Assembly: GCF_009914755.1 (NCBI RefSeq)
Contig: NC_060946.1
DNA: 64,000 nt
Direction: 5' to 3' (one strand)
Source: the human T2T-CHM13v2.0 reference genome, Homo sapiens
This document shows, one piece after another, positions 1-27,769 of this stretch. Position numbers and translations under genes: made by a program. Position 1 is the first letter of the stretch, and every line of letters starts with the position of its first letter. The notes beneath the pieces were generated by a model, which was not told the DNA's origin, made no database searches, and saw only the letters and a program-made list of their open reading frames with translations.

Positions 1-167
1 TGGGATTACAGGCACACACCACCATGCCCAGCTAGTTTTTGTATTTTTAGTAGAGACGGGGTTTCGCTATGTTGGCCAGACTGGTCTCGAATTCCTGACC
101 TCAGGTGATCCGCCTGCCTTAGCCTCCCAAAGTGCTGGGATTACAGGCATGAGCCACCACGCCTGGC
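1..167 (-). mobile_element. AluS, partial (runs off window)
   Basis: Alu consensus ending …gagccaccacgcctggcc. Confidence 0.9.
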
Positions 168-529
168 CTGTTACTGTTACTTTTAACTGGGTGTGGATTT
201 TGAAATACTGAGGCACCTGCAGGCAGCCCAGGTAAAACTAAATTAGTAGGCATTTTAGAGCTCAGTAGAGAGAGAGGACATCAAGATACGTATTAGGAGT
301 TCTCAGCATATAGGAATAGATGGGGCTGGGAGATGAGAAAAGGCTCAAGTATAGAACTGTAGGAAGTATTTCAGACTGTGTCCAACCTGAGCATGGATAA
401 GAATTCACTCTCTCAAAGTACCAAAACAAACAAAACCCCAAACAGCAATTCAAAGTACTAAAAAAAAGTAAAAATAAAGGTAAATTAAGGAAAGAAAAGA
501 ATTAACTTGGATGTTCTTTCCTTTTCCTT

Positions 530-1544
530 TTCAGCAGCTTTATTAAGGTATACTTTACATCCCATAAAACTTACCCATTTATAGTATACAGCTCAATGGT
601 TTTCAGTGTATTCACAGAGTTGTACCACCATCACTGCCATCTAATTTAAGAACATTGTCATTACTCCAAAAAGAAACTGTATCCATTAGCAGTCACTCTC
701 TATTCCCTTTCCTCCCAGGCACAGGCAACCACTAATCTTTCCATCTCTACGGAATCACCTATTCTGAACATTCCATATAAATAGAATCATACAGTATGTT
801 TTCCTTCTGTGTGATGTGAGACTTCTTTCAGTTAGCATCATGTTTTCAAGGCTATCCATGTTAAGCACATTATCAGTGCCTCAGTCCTTTGAATGGCTGA
901 ATAATACCCTATTGCATGGGTGTACGCATTTTTTTTTTTTTTTTTTTGAGATGGAGTCTTGCTCTATGGCCCAGGCTGGATGGAGTGCAGTGGTGCGATC
1001 CTGGCTAACTGCAGCATCTGCCTCCTGGGTTCCAGTGATTCTCCTGCCTCACCCTCCTGAGTAGCTGGGATTACAGGCGCATGCTGCCATGCCCAGCTAA
1101 TTTTTGCATTTTTAGTAGAGATGGGGTTTCACCATGTTGGCCAGGCTGGTCTCGAACTCCTGACATCAGGTGATCCTCCTGCCTTGGCCTCCCAAAGTGC
1201 CGGGATTACAGGCGCGAGCCACTGTGCCTGGCCTGCATTTTATTTATATACTCAGCAGTTGATGAATATTTGGATGATTCCCACCTTTTGACTGCTATGA
1301 ACATTAATAATATTATGAAATGAACATTATAATGCTGCTTTGAACATTTGTGTACAAGTTTTTGTGTGGAATATATTTTCATTTCTCTTAGTTATATACC
1401 TAGGAGTGGAACTGCTGGGTCATATGGTTTAACTTTTTGAGGAACTGCCAAACTGTTTTTCAAGTGACTACACCATTTTATATTCTCACCAGAAATGCAC
1501 GAGGGTTCCAGTTTGTCTGCATCATCACCAATACTTGTTATTGT
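530..1544 (-). mobile_element. Old L1M (L1MB-like) 3' end, interrupted by Alu 929-1233; broken at the inversion breakpoint
   Basis: L1 3'UTR motifs (cctaggagtggaactgctgggtcatatgg, catcaccaatacttgttattgt). Confidence 0.75.
929..1233 (-). mobile_element. AluS
   Basis: Full dimer with poly-T. Confidence 0.95.
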
Positions 1545-2028
1545 CATCCAAAAGCTTTAACGTTTTAGCCCCCACAGTTAGGTCTGTGATCCGCCTCAAA
1601 TTAAGTTTTGTATATAGTATGTGACATAGAGGTCATGGTTCATACATTTCCATGTGGTTATCCAGTTCCTCCAGCACCTTTTCCTCACTGAATTACATTA
1701 GTCTTCTGATAGTTTGTTTCCAATTGTGAAGTCTTATGCTTTAAGTTCAAAAGAATCAATTATACAACTATAGGATGGGCAAAACCAGTATACCAGCAGT
1801 GTCCAGACAATGTGATTGACTTCTGAAACAAAAAAAAAACCACTTCTTGCTTAGCTATAGAACCACAAATTTTAACTGATAACATATTTTAATATCCTTT
1901 GAAGCTTATTTTGACCATGTGATTAAATTCTAGTCAAAGAGATGTAAGCAGGATGTAAAGTGCAGCTTCCACAAAGTCTTCCTAAGTAAGTGACAGGTTC
2001 TTCTCTCCTTTCTGCTACATGGAACACA
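1545..2028 (+). repeat. Inverted duplication, left copy (partner 4117-4578)
   Basis: Manual alignment to the reverse complement of 4117-4578: about 30 substitutions plus a 16-bp indel, and 79 bp identical at 1611-1689. Confidence 0.95.
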
Positions 2029-2252
2029 GACATGAAGGTTGGGACTGGAGCAACCATCTTAAAACACAAAGTGGAAGAAACATATTGAAGATGGAAGAAC
2101 AAAATAGAAGTCTCAAGTCCCTGGTAATTGGAAAGTGACCATACCAGTCCTTGACCACTTACACAGATTTCTAAGAAAGATATTAAGAGCAGTCTTCATA
2201 TATTTGAGAGAGTGGTTGTTGAATAGATGGTAATTTTTTTTCTATCTTATTC

Positions 2253-2542
2253 CTTTTTTTTTGAGATGGGGTGTTGCTCTGTTGCCCAGGCTGGAGTCAT
2301 GATACAGTCTTTGCTCACTGCAACCTCTGTCTCCCAGGTTCAAGCAATTTTCCTGCCTCAAACTCCCAAGAAGCTGGGACTACAGGTGCATGCCACCATG
2401 CCTGGCTAATTTTTGTATTTTTAGTAGAGATGGGGTTTCACCATATTGGCCAGGCTGGTCTCAAACTCCTGACCTCAAGCAATCTGCCTGCCTCAGCCTC
2501 CCAAAAGGCTGGGATTACAGGCATGAGCCACTGCACCCAGCC
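2253..2542 (-). mobile_element. AluS/J
   Basis: Full dimer. Confidence 0.9.
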
Positions 2543-2791
2543 AATAATTATATTTTTATATTCTTTATTCTTGTAGTTTTCCTTCTCATGGTAAGATTTT
2601 GTCATGAGGAAAAAATTTTAAGATGTAGCAAAGTACAGAGAATAAAATAACAGATACATCCACTTAACCATCAACAAGATTTAACATATTTGCTTTGTCA
2701 TATTTGCTTCAAATTTCTCTCTCTCTACTTTTTTTTTTAATTAACGAATTTATTGAGCACAGTGGAGTTAACTTCTTTCCATGGGTGGTGA

Positions 2792-3072
<281 letters not shown>

Positions 3073-3300
3073 TCAAATTTCTCTCTTTTTTAAAGAAATA
3101 AAATAAGGATATAGTTAATGGTTGAGGGCCTCTGTGTAACCCTTTCCCAAGCCAATCCCTTTCCTCCTTCCTCAGCTGTAATCCTACTCTGTAGTCTGTA
3201 AGTGCCTTACCTCTTAAAGAGAATTTTAAAAATTCACTGGTTCTCCCTCCTCTGACTGACTGCCCCTTAGTTCAGCTGTAGTCTGCCTACTGTTGCATAG

Positions 3301-3972
<672 letters not shown>

Positions 3973-4439
3973 TGAGATTCTGTTTCATGAAGCCCAGGGT
4001 AGGGCTTAGGCATCTTTGCTTTAAAAAGCATGCAAAGTGCAAATCAAAACCACAGTGAAATAGCATTTCACATCCACTAGAATGGCTAAAATAAAAAATA
4101 ACAATAACAATTCTTACTGTGTTCCGTGTAGCAGAAAGGAGAGAACTTGCCATTTCCTTAGGAAGACTTTGTGGAAGCTGGACTTTACATCCTGCTTACA
4201 TCTCTTTGACTAGAGTTTAATCACATGGTCAAAATAAGCTTCAAAGGATATTAAAATATGTTATCAGTTAAAATAAGCAAGAAGTGTTTCTTTTTTTCAG
4301 AAGTCAACCACATTGTCCATACACTGCTATTATACTGGTCTTGCCCATCCTATAGTTGTATAATTGATTCTTTTGAACCTAAAGTATAAGACTTCACGAT
4401 TAGAAAAAAATTATCCAAAGACTAATGTAATTAAGTGAG

Positions 4440-6935
<2,496 letters not shown>

Positions 6936-7155
6936 AAAAATTGAGGAGCTTCCACCCATCTCCTTAGTCTGTTGAGACCATGTTAAATATTGATTCTTTT
7001 ATCCACTATATCAGCTGACTTCTCAGCTTTCAAAAAATATATACATTTTCTTTTTAACTGCAGTACCTGCAGTAGAGGGTGTGGTTGGAGATATTTATAA
7101 AATGGGTAGGATTTAGCAATTTATTCGATGTTGAGGAAAGAGAAAACGATAAATC

Positions 7156-7584
<429 letters not shown>

Positions 7585-7997
7585 TCACTCAAATTTAATA
7601 GTGGAAACTGTGAGATTAGATGAAATGGCTGTGGCAGAATGAGAAGAAAGAGGTCCAAGGGCAGAACCTAGGGAAATAAATGCTTAGGGAGTAGTAGGAG
7701 AAAGGGAAAGCCGGCACATCCTGGTCAAACAACTTTGTTGTGCCAGGCTTCTGGTGAATAAGACATTCAAAGTCTCTGCCTCAAGAAGTTTGCATTCGTG
7801 GTTGGGGAGACAGACAATAAGACACATGAACAAATAAGCCTTTCAGGTAGTGATATGTGTGATGCTGGGGAGTGACTGGAAGTATTTCAGCTGGGCTGGT
7901 AGGGGAAGATCACCCTGGATCAAAGAGATGGCCCTAGAGCTGATGACTGAATGATGTGAAGGAAGCTTTCATGTAATAATATGTGAGAAATGCTGTC

Positions 7998-8458
7998 TTT
8001 TTTTTTGAGACGGAGTTTCTCTCTTGTTGCCCAGGCTGGAGACCAATGGCATGATTTTGGCTCACTGCAACCTCTGCCTCCTGAATTCAAGCATTGTCCT
8101 ACATCAGCCTCCCAAGTAGCTGGGATTACAGGCATGTGCCACCACGCCCGGCTAATTTTTTTTTTTTTTTTTTTTTTTTGAGATGGAGTCTCGCTCTGTC
8201 GCCCAGGCTGGAGTGCAGTGGCGCAATCTCAGCTTACTGCAACCTCCTCCCCCTAGCAGTTCTCCTACCTCAGCCTCCCGAATAACTGGGATTACAGGCG
8301 CCCGCCGCCATGCCTGGCTAATTTTTTGTGTGTGTTTGTAGTAGAGACAGGGTTTCGCCATGTTGGCTAGGCTGGCCTTGAACTCCTGACCTCACATAAT
8401 CCACCTGCCTTGGCCTCCCAAAGGGCTGGGATTACAGGCATAAGCCACCGTGCCCGAA
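7998..8458 (-). mobile_element. Alu right arm (7998-8160) fused to a full Alu (8160-8458)
   Basis: Alu consensus; two right arms, one left arm. Confidence 0.85.
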
Positions 8459-8599
8459 CAAGAAACGTTTTCTAAGTCAAAGGAATAAATCCAAAGCCTC
8501 TAAGATTGGGTGAGAGAGAGGAAAAGAAATGACGGAAGATGGTCCAGTACAAGGCAGAGATTTTCAAAAGGGTGGACATGGCTACTGTATTAAATATTA

Positions 8600-8982
8600 C
8601 TTAGAGGTATTCACAATAGCGAAAAGGTGGAAGTGATCCAAGTGTCCATGGAAGGGTGAATGGATAAACAAAATGTGGTATATACATACAATGGAATATT
8701 ATTTAGCCTTACAAAGGGAAGGAAACTCTGACACATGCTACAACATAGATGAATATTGAAGACATATGCTAAGTGAAACAAACTAGTGACAAAAAGACAA
8801 ATACCGTATGATTCTACTTATATAAGGTAACTGGAGGAGTCAGAGTCATAGAGACAGAAAGTGGAATGGTGCTTGTTAGGGACTGGGGGGAGCAGGGACT
8901 GGGGAGTTACTGTTTAAGGGGTACAGAGTTTCAGATGGAAAAGATGGAAGAATTGTGGAGATGGATGGTTGATGGTTCCACA
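8600..8982 (+). mobile_element. L1MA/MB 3'UTR fragment
   Basis: gaatggataaacaaaatgtggtatatacatacaatggaatattatttagcc. Confidence 0.85.
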
Positions 8983-9351
8983 GTATCTCAGTTTGTTTAT
9001 GCTGCTATAACAAAATACCACAGACTAGGTACTTTATAAAGAACAGAAATTTATTTTCTGATAGTTCTAGAGGCCGCGAATAACAAGATCAAGGCACCAG
9101 TAGATCTGTTGTCAGGGGAGGCCCCAATCCCTGCTTCTAAGAGGGAGGAATACTGCGTCCCCACGTGGCAAAAGGTGGAAGGGCAAAAAGCGACAGTGTG
9201 TCCCTGACAAGCCCTTTTATAACAGCGTGAATTTATGCAGGCAGAACTCTTATGACCTAAACACCTTCCAGAAGGCCCCACCTCCCAACACTATTGCACT
9301 GGGGATTAGGTTTTCAACACAAATTTTGGGGGACACATTCAGACCATAGCA
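8983..9351 (-). mobile_element. ERVL-MaLR solo LTR (MSTC/MSTD-like)
   Basis: gctgctataacaaaataccacagact… ggggacacattcagaccatagca terminus. Confidence 0.8.
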
Positions 9352-11400
<2,049 letters not shown>

Positions 11401-11654
11401 TTTTTTTTTAAGAGACAGGGTCTCACTTTGTCACCCAGGCTGAAGTACAGTGGTGCCATCATAGCTCACTGCAGCCTTGAAATCTTAGGCTTAAGCCATC
11501 CTCCTGCCTTGGCCTCCCAAAGTGTTGGAATTACAGGCATGAGCTACTGCACCTGGTATAAAATAATTTTTTTTAAAATGAAAGCCAACAAAAAAATTGA
11601 AAATAGTTTCGGTGGGGTGGAAAAAGTAGAGTCAAAAAAGGTTTTAAGAATAAG

Positions 11655-15480
<3,826 letters not shown>

Positions 15481-15583
15481 TAAAATTAGTAATTTAAATT
15501 ATAATAAATCATTAAAGAAAGGGAATAATTCCATTTATGAAATTATATTAATTAATATTAATATTAAGAAATTATTGGCTTTC

Positions 15584-15757
15584 TTTATTTTTTTTTAAGA
15601 CTTAGGGTCTCGCTGTGTTGCCCAGACTGGAGTGCAGTGGCTATTCACAGGTGTGATCATAGAGCGCTACAGTCTTGAACTCCTAGGCTCAATTGATTCT
15701 CCTGCCTCCGCCCCCCGAAGTAGCTGGGACTTACAGGGTCATGCCATAGCCCTCAGC
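15584..15757 (-). mobile_element. FAM (fossil Alu monomer)
   Basis: Monomer retaining 7SL-like gtggctattcacaggtgtgatcatag. Confidence 0.75.
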
Positions 15758-15788
15758 CTTTTCTTTATATCTTTAAATATAAAAGCAT

Positions 15789-16490
<702 letters not shown>

Positions 16491-16519
16491 ATTCTGCTTC
16501 AATTTGCTCTAAAATATAT

Positions 16520-17500
<981 letters not shown>

Positions 17501-17696
17501 TTGCCGATCAACATGTTTCCTTTTTTCTGCAGATCTAATCACTCAAGGAGAAGTTTGAAAACCATTGGCCCAGGCTTCTGTTCTGTGCACCACAGTGAAA
17601 CGGCCCTGTGGTTCTGCACAGGGCAGGTGTGGGTTCTTGGAGTGAGTCGCATTGTAGTTACTGACTGCTGCTGACCTGTGGTGCTTGCCTTTGCAG

Positions 17697-17764
17697 GTGG
17701 AACAGGAGGATTTTGTAATGGAAGGGCATGGCAAGACTCCACCTCCTGGTGAAGAAAGCAAACA
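17697..17764 (+). CDS. TNRC6B: TNRC6B internal coding exon (68 nt) of the upstream-promoter isoform; VEQEDFVMEGHGKTPPPGEESK + CA (phase 0 start, phase 2 end)
   Basis: Acceptor gcctttgcag|GTG, branch-point-like CTGAC at 17661 and 17671, donor ACA|gtgagt. The peptide matches the alternative TNRC6B N-terminus as I recall it (…SSSKVEQEDFVMEGHGKTPPPGEESKQEKEQERE…). It ends in the same phase as the ATGAG exon at 39550, consistent with both joining one downstream exon. Confidence 0.92.
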
Positions 17765-18336
17765 GTGAGTCACAGTTTATTTAAAAAGAGTCCTATTACA
17801 GATCCTCGGAAACACTTTGGTTCAACATGCTGATAAGCGTGTTTGTCAGAGATGTATACGTTGGAGACATTGGGGAACTCACCAGTTGCTTTGGTGGCTG
17901 TTAATGCATTGCTTCTATTTATAGACCAACTAACTAGAAGGACAAGAAAGTTAGCGTTACAGTTTTTCACACTCGCCTAATCAAAATTTATGTTATGTTG
18001 TAGCAAAGGCTTTAAGGCTCAGTATGTTCCAAATTGAACTAATTCTGTTTGGTTGATTTCCAAAGAAAGTATAAAATGGTACATCCTTTTCTCAGTATTG
18101 TCTTTCTGAAGTGAACTAAACTAATAGACCATTTCCCTGCAATCTAAGTGTGAATTTATTTGAATGGTACTTTCTGAAATTCTATTCCATTTGGTTATTT
18201 ACACTGCTGATCTTTGTTTAAATAACAAATTGTTTCTCTAAAGGAACAGGAATTATAAATAATATAACTTAGCCAACATTCCAAATAATTCAGGATCTCT
18301 CCCCTAACTCCTTAAGGGGTAATTGGTTTGTTGTTG

Positions 18337-18653
<317 letters not shown>

Positions 18654-19636
18654 AGGGGTGATTGGTTTTAAACCTGAAGTTGGGAGTCTGTTGGGTAGCT
18701 TTTTGATAGCAGTGAGTGAATTTTTTTCCTCTCTCCGTCATAGAATGTGAAAAATTGTGTTGCAGAGCAGACTGGTTTTTCATATGCCCTTTTAAAGGAA
18801 AAACAGTTAAGACTGCTTAAAGTACTGACATAACTACTATTTTTTATTCAGACATTAGTCTCCTAAATTGAATGGGCCAGTGATTCATGGAATTTACCAA
18901 AAATCTATACAGAGAAACTTCTCTCATTCATATTTTTTTTCCTAGAAAATAGTTTAATTTTGGTCTGTCTTAAGAAAATTATGTCTTTAAAACCCTTAGG
19001 AATAAATTATGCAGAATGGACTATGCTGCCACGAGGCCAGATTCATTAAAGGAAAATGGCTCGTCTTGTATTTGTTGTGAATGGAAACCAGGATATTTTC
19101 ACAGCTGGTTTAATTTGCTAACCAGGCAATTTTAAAAATAGCTCACAATATAAATCCTAGCTTTGCTGTATTCTATCAAATGCACTTACATTTTGCATGG
19201 GCTGATGGAATCAATTCATCTTTAGCAAATTAGAATGCCAGACATCTAGTCCCAGTAGAATGACAAGAGAAACACTTCAGGTGCTTTTCTCCGTGTCCAC
19301 TGCACAGCCCTCCACCCCCACACTCTGGTCAAAGGTCTGTCATATAAAAATTATAACTCCATTTGTCGAGGGTTTTCTGTGCACAAGGTACTTTGCTTAA
19401 ATATGTTTTACTCTGTCATTTCCACTCATTACACCATTTCATCTCCATTTCACTCAGAGATCAGGGTAGGTAACTTGCCCATGGTAATGCAGCTTGAAAT
19501 GCAATTTAGATTTGAACCCAGATCTTACCGACTCTCTCACACCCTTTGCCATCCTTGGAAGCTATGCTCTTGAAAAATACTGTGGTTAGTAAAACTGCAG
19601 TTGTCAAAATCAAAGTCTCATGAATAAGAGGGAGTA

Positions 19637-19998
<362 letters not shown>

Positions 19999-20540
19999 CT
20001 ATTTTTAAAAAATCAGGTGGAAGTTCTGTACTATAAAGGATATCCATTTCTCAAACAAACCAGTCTTTATCTTTAAAAACCTCTCTAGTAACCCCTATCC
20101 TGAATCAGCTTATTTAGGTATTCAGGAAATGTTGCTGGGCAGATTCTCCCACAAGTTTTATGTTATACAAACTGTACTTCTTTGAGAGTTTCAAACAGCC
20201 CCAGCAAGTTGGAATGCCATGTGTCGTATCCTTACCATTCTCCCTTGTTTTGTTTTCACAAGTCTCATACTGCCTGGCCTTTTCACAGATGAATTCTGTT
20301 CTATTTCTGTTTTCTTCTGGGCCTGGTCAGCTATTACATACTGAAGTGATAAAGCAGAAATCAATCGTCTCACAAGGTGCTGTGAGCAAAGGTGCTGTGT
20401 TCTTTTGTTTGAGGCAACAACAATAAAAATATTTACAAAACAAATTTTTTTTAAATCTCAGAACTGCAGTTGGCAAATGATTATTACTATACTTTGTAAA
20501 TATGATTCAGTCTGGATAGGGAATCTAGGAACTGAGTAAT

Positions 20541-20835
<295 letters not shown>

Positions 20836-20929
20836 GAACTGAGTAATTTTTTAATAAAAGTAATGTAATATAAGCTTGTCAGAAAACATTCAAACAGCAA
20901 TTGTGACTGTAGAAATAAAGGTGAGACCT

Positions 20930-21338
<409 letters not shown>

Positions 21339-21390
21339 TCATTCTTCTAAGACTTAACTTTTGTAATTTGAGATATTTTCAGTCTATTTC

Positions 21391-22577
<1,187 letters not shown>

Positions 22578-23599
22578 TAGCTTTGTAGGAGCCCTTTATA
22601 CATTTTAGATATTATTAACCTTTGTTGAGATGTTTTAAATATTTTCTCTCAGTCCTTATTGTTTAACATTAGATATCTTTCATGCCAACAAACTTTTTAA
22701 ATTTTTATATAGCAAAATCAGCCTTTCTGGCTTTCATGTTTTATGCTTGCCTTGAGAAGTCTTTCCTATCCTAACCTGATAAAATATCTTTAGGTTTTCT
22801 ATTTTAGTTTTTACATTTAGATGTTTAATTGATTCACTACTCAGTTTTGTATATGGTGTGAGGCAGAGATCTAACTTAATTTTTTTCCAAATGGTTCTCA
22901 TTCATTGGTATTAGCCTGTACAAACAGCCCATTTCACTTACAGAGGCTGGTAGAGCACATGACTAATGTAACTTACTCAAGGTCACAGAGCAGATTCTTG
23001 TAATGATTAGGACTAAAATTATGTAATTAGCTGATCTGTGCCACTTTCTTTATCTCCCCATTTAACGTTTTGACCATAGGTTCCCAAAACCTCAAAAAAT
23101 TATTTTCTGTGATGTTTATTTCAATAGAACTAAGTTCTATTAAGAGGCAGATTAGGTAGCTGTATATGTAGAAAGCTCTTGAAAAATAATTGACTTGTGA
23201 TATTGAGAAATATCTGTGCTAAACTATTAATATTCTAGATCAGTTGTGCTGAATTCTGGTATTTGTATGTGAATAAGATTTATAATGTATATAGCTGTAA
23301 ACACTTTATGTGTATTGTTTCCATGGGGTTTATTTACTATTAGTCTATCTAATGTAATCATTTTTCTGGGATATTGTCTTTGAGAGTTATATTAGCAAAT
23401 CAGACAAGCAAAGTTTATTGCCATATAATTACTACATTAAAATTACACAGCTTTAATTGCATGACGTGTTTACTGCAGGAGTAAATATTAAAACTATGAC
23501 AGCTTTTAAAAAAGCAGCTAAGCAGGTACTTGCTCATAGATTGTGTTTGACCATGCTTTTTGAGAGGTCATTATAGATAAAATGCAGACAGGCTTTTGA

Positions 23600-23969
<370 letters not shown>

Positions 23970-24709
23970 TTTTATTAGCATATTTCTTGTTTCATATTTG
24001 ACTACCCAATTAGGCACTAAACTTTTTGGGAACCATTCTTTTGGGTGTTTATTTAAAAACCCTGGGCAGCTCTATAGCATTTCCTAAACACAGGGCAAAG
24101 TAAAAATATTTCCAAATCATAGATTTTATAGATAATCATCTTCAGAACACAAATGTTGGTATTTGGCCGTAGGAAAGTTGTTGTTGTTAACGTTTTAATT
24201 TTGTGTATTACACCATAAGGTTTTCTCCAGTTTTTCCCCCTTTAAACCATTATAATATGTACATGTTGAAATAAATTTATTAAGAAGTAGCAAGTTGAAC
24301 TCTCTGTAAACTCAATCATTATTACACAGTAGTAAGCTAGACATCAGAAGAATAGTTGGCTTTTCTGTATAATCTTGAACAGCTTTTGGGGGAAATGAGT
24401 TTTCTTTTCAAGTTAATTGGTACTTTGAAAATGCCACAAAGAGGTTCAGTAGATGATAGTTTATACTCATGGAATTTTTGCTGCTGGGAGTTTTTGTAAA
24501 ACCATCAACATTTTTTTGTACTAGATCTTTGGGGAACTTTCAGTTGCTAATAAATTTTGTAATTTGCATTGACATTACTTTAAAAAAATTCTCTAACAAA
24601 GTCTTTTTTTCCCAGAAGTCTCAGAATCGTAATAAATTCTGAATTCTATTTTGTTTGATTTTTCTTGGATGCCTGGACCATGGATTAATTACAGTAAGAG
24701 TAACTTCAA

Positions 24710-25372
<663 letters not shown>

Positions 25373-25718
25373 AGGGTAACTTTAATAGATAATGTGTTTC
25401 ACAATTTTATTTTATTTTTTTATTTTATTTAATTTTATAAATAAAATAAGGGGAGGGGAGGCTCAAGGCAGAAAAGATCAGGTTAAAGCTTTATGCTAGA
25501 TCTTCGGCTCTATGAGGATGGATTTCTGTTGTCTTGGTCACTGCCTAGAGAGGTGCCTGGCACAAAAAGCATCTATAAATATATGTTGAATGAATAAGTT
25601 CCCATCGACTGTTAAGAATCCCTCTTCTACACACTCACTTTGAAATCTGAGGTGGTGTTATTATAAAGCCTAATTCCAGAATATTTTATCTGTTATCAGC
25701 AGAAGAAAGGTACATTGA

Positions 25719-27055
<1,337 letters not shown>

Positions 27056-27145
27056 CATCAACTTTAGATTCAGTCCTTTCTTGAATATGTTCCAACAGAC
27101 CTGATTTTATCTTCGTTCTCCTTAAGCATCCTACCTATAGGCCAG

Positions 27146-27517
27146 TGTATTAGTCCATTCTCATGCTGCTAATAAAGAACTTCCTGAGACTGGGTAATTT
27201 ATAAAGGAAAGAAGTTTAATTGACTCACACATCCACATGGCTGAGGAGGCCTCAGGGAACTTACAACCATGGCGTAAGGGAAAGCAAACATGTCCTTCTT
27301 CACTTGGCGGCAGAAAGGAGAAGTGCTGAGCAATGTGGGGGAAAGCTCCTTATATAACCATCACATCTCATGAGAACTCACTATCACAAGAACAGCATGA
27401 GAGTAACCACCCCCATGATTCAGTTACCTCCCACTGGGTCCCTCCCACAACACATGGAGATTATGGGAACTACAGTTCAAGATGAGATTTGTGTGGGGAC
27501 ACAGCCAAACTGTATCA
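27146..27517 (-). mobile_element. THE1 (THE1C-like) MaLR solo LTR with 5-bp TSD GCCAG
   Basis: tgtattagtccattctcatgctgct…ggggacacagccaaactgtatca; gccag at 27141-27145 and 27518-27522. Confidence 0.92.
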
Positions 27518-27769
27518 GCCAGTTATCAGTTATTGGGTGTTTTTTTTTGTTGTTGTTTTGTTTTGTTTTGTTTTTGGGCAGAAAATGCCTTTCTAGCCAA
27601 GTCTGAACCTTTTCTTCTAAGGACCTCCCTAAGATGCTATTAGCCTGTCTATGCATATTTTCAAAAGAACTTCTGCTCCTGCCAGGGGCTCTCCTGAAGG
27701 TCTTCCATGCAAGTCTGGTTTCCTTCTCCCTTACATCTCTGGGCAGGCAAAGAAATCTTTCTTTCTGAC

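Noticed and set aside
8879-8904. G-quadruplex motif
   Set aside because: Ordinary G-rich tract of an L1 3'UTR.
15584-15757. Possible 7SL RNA gene/pseudogene
   Set aside because: Lacks the S domain; fits a fossil Alu monomer.
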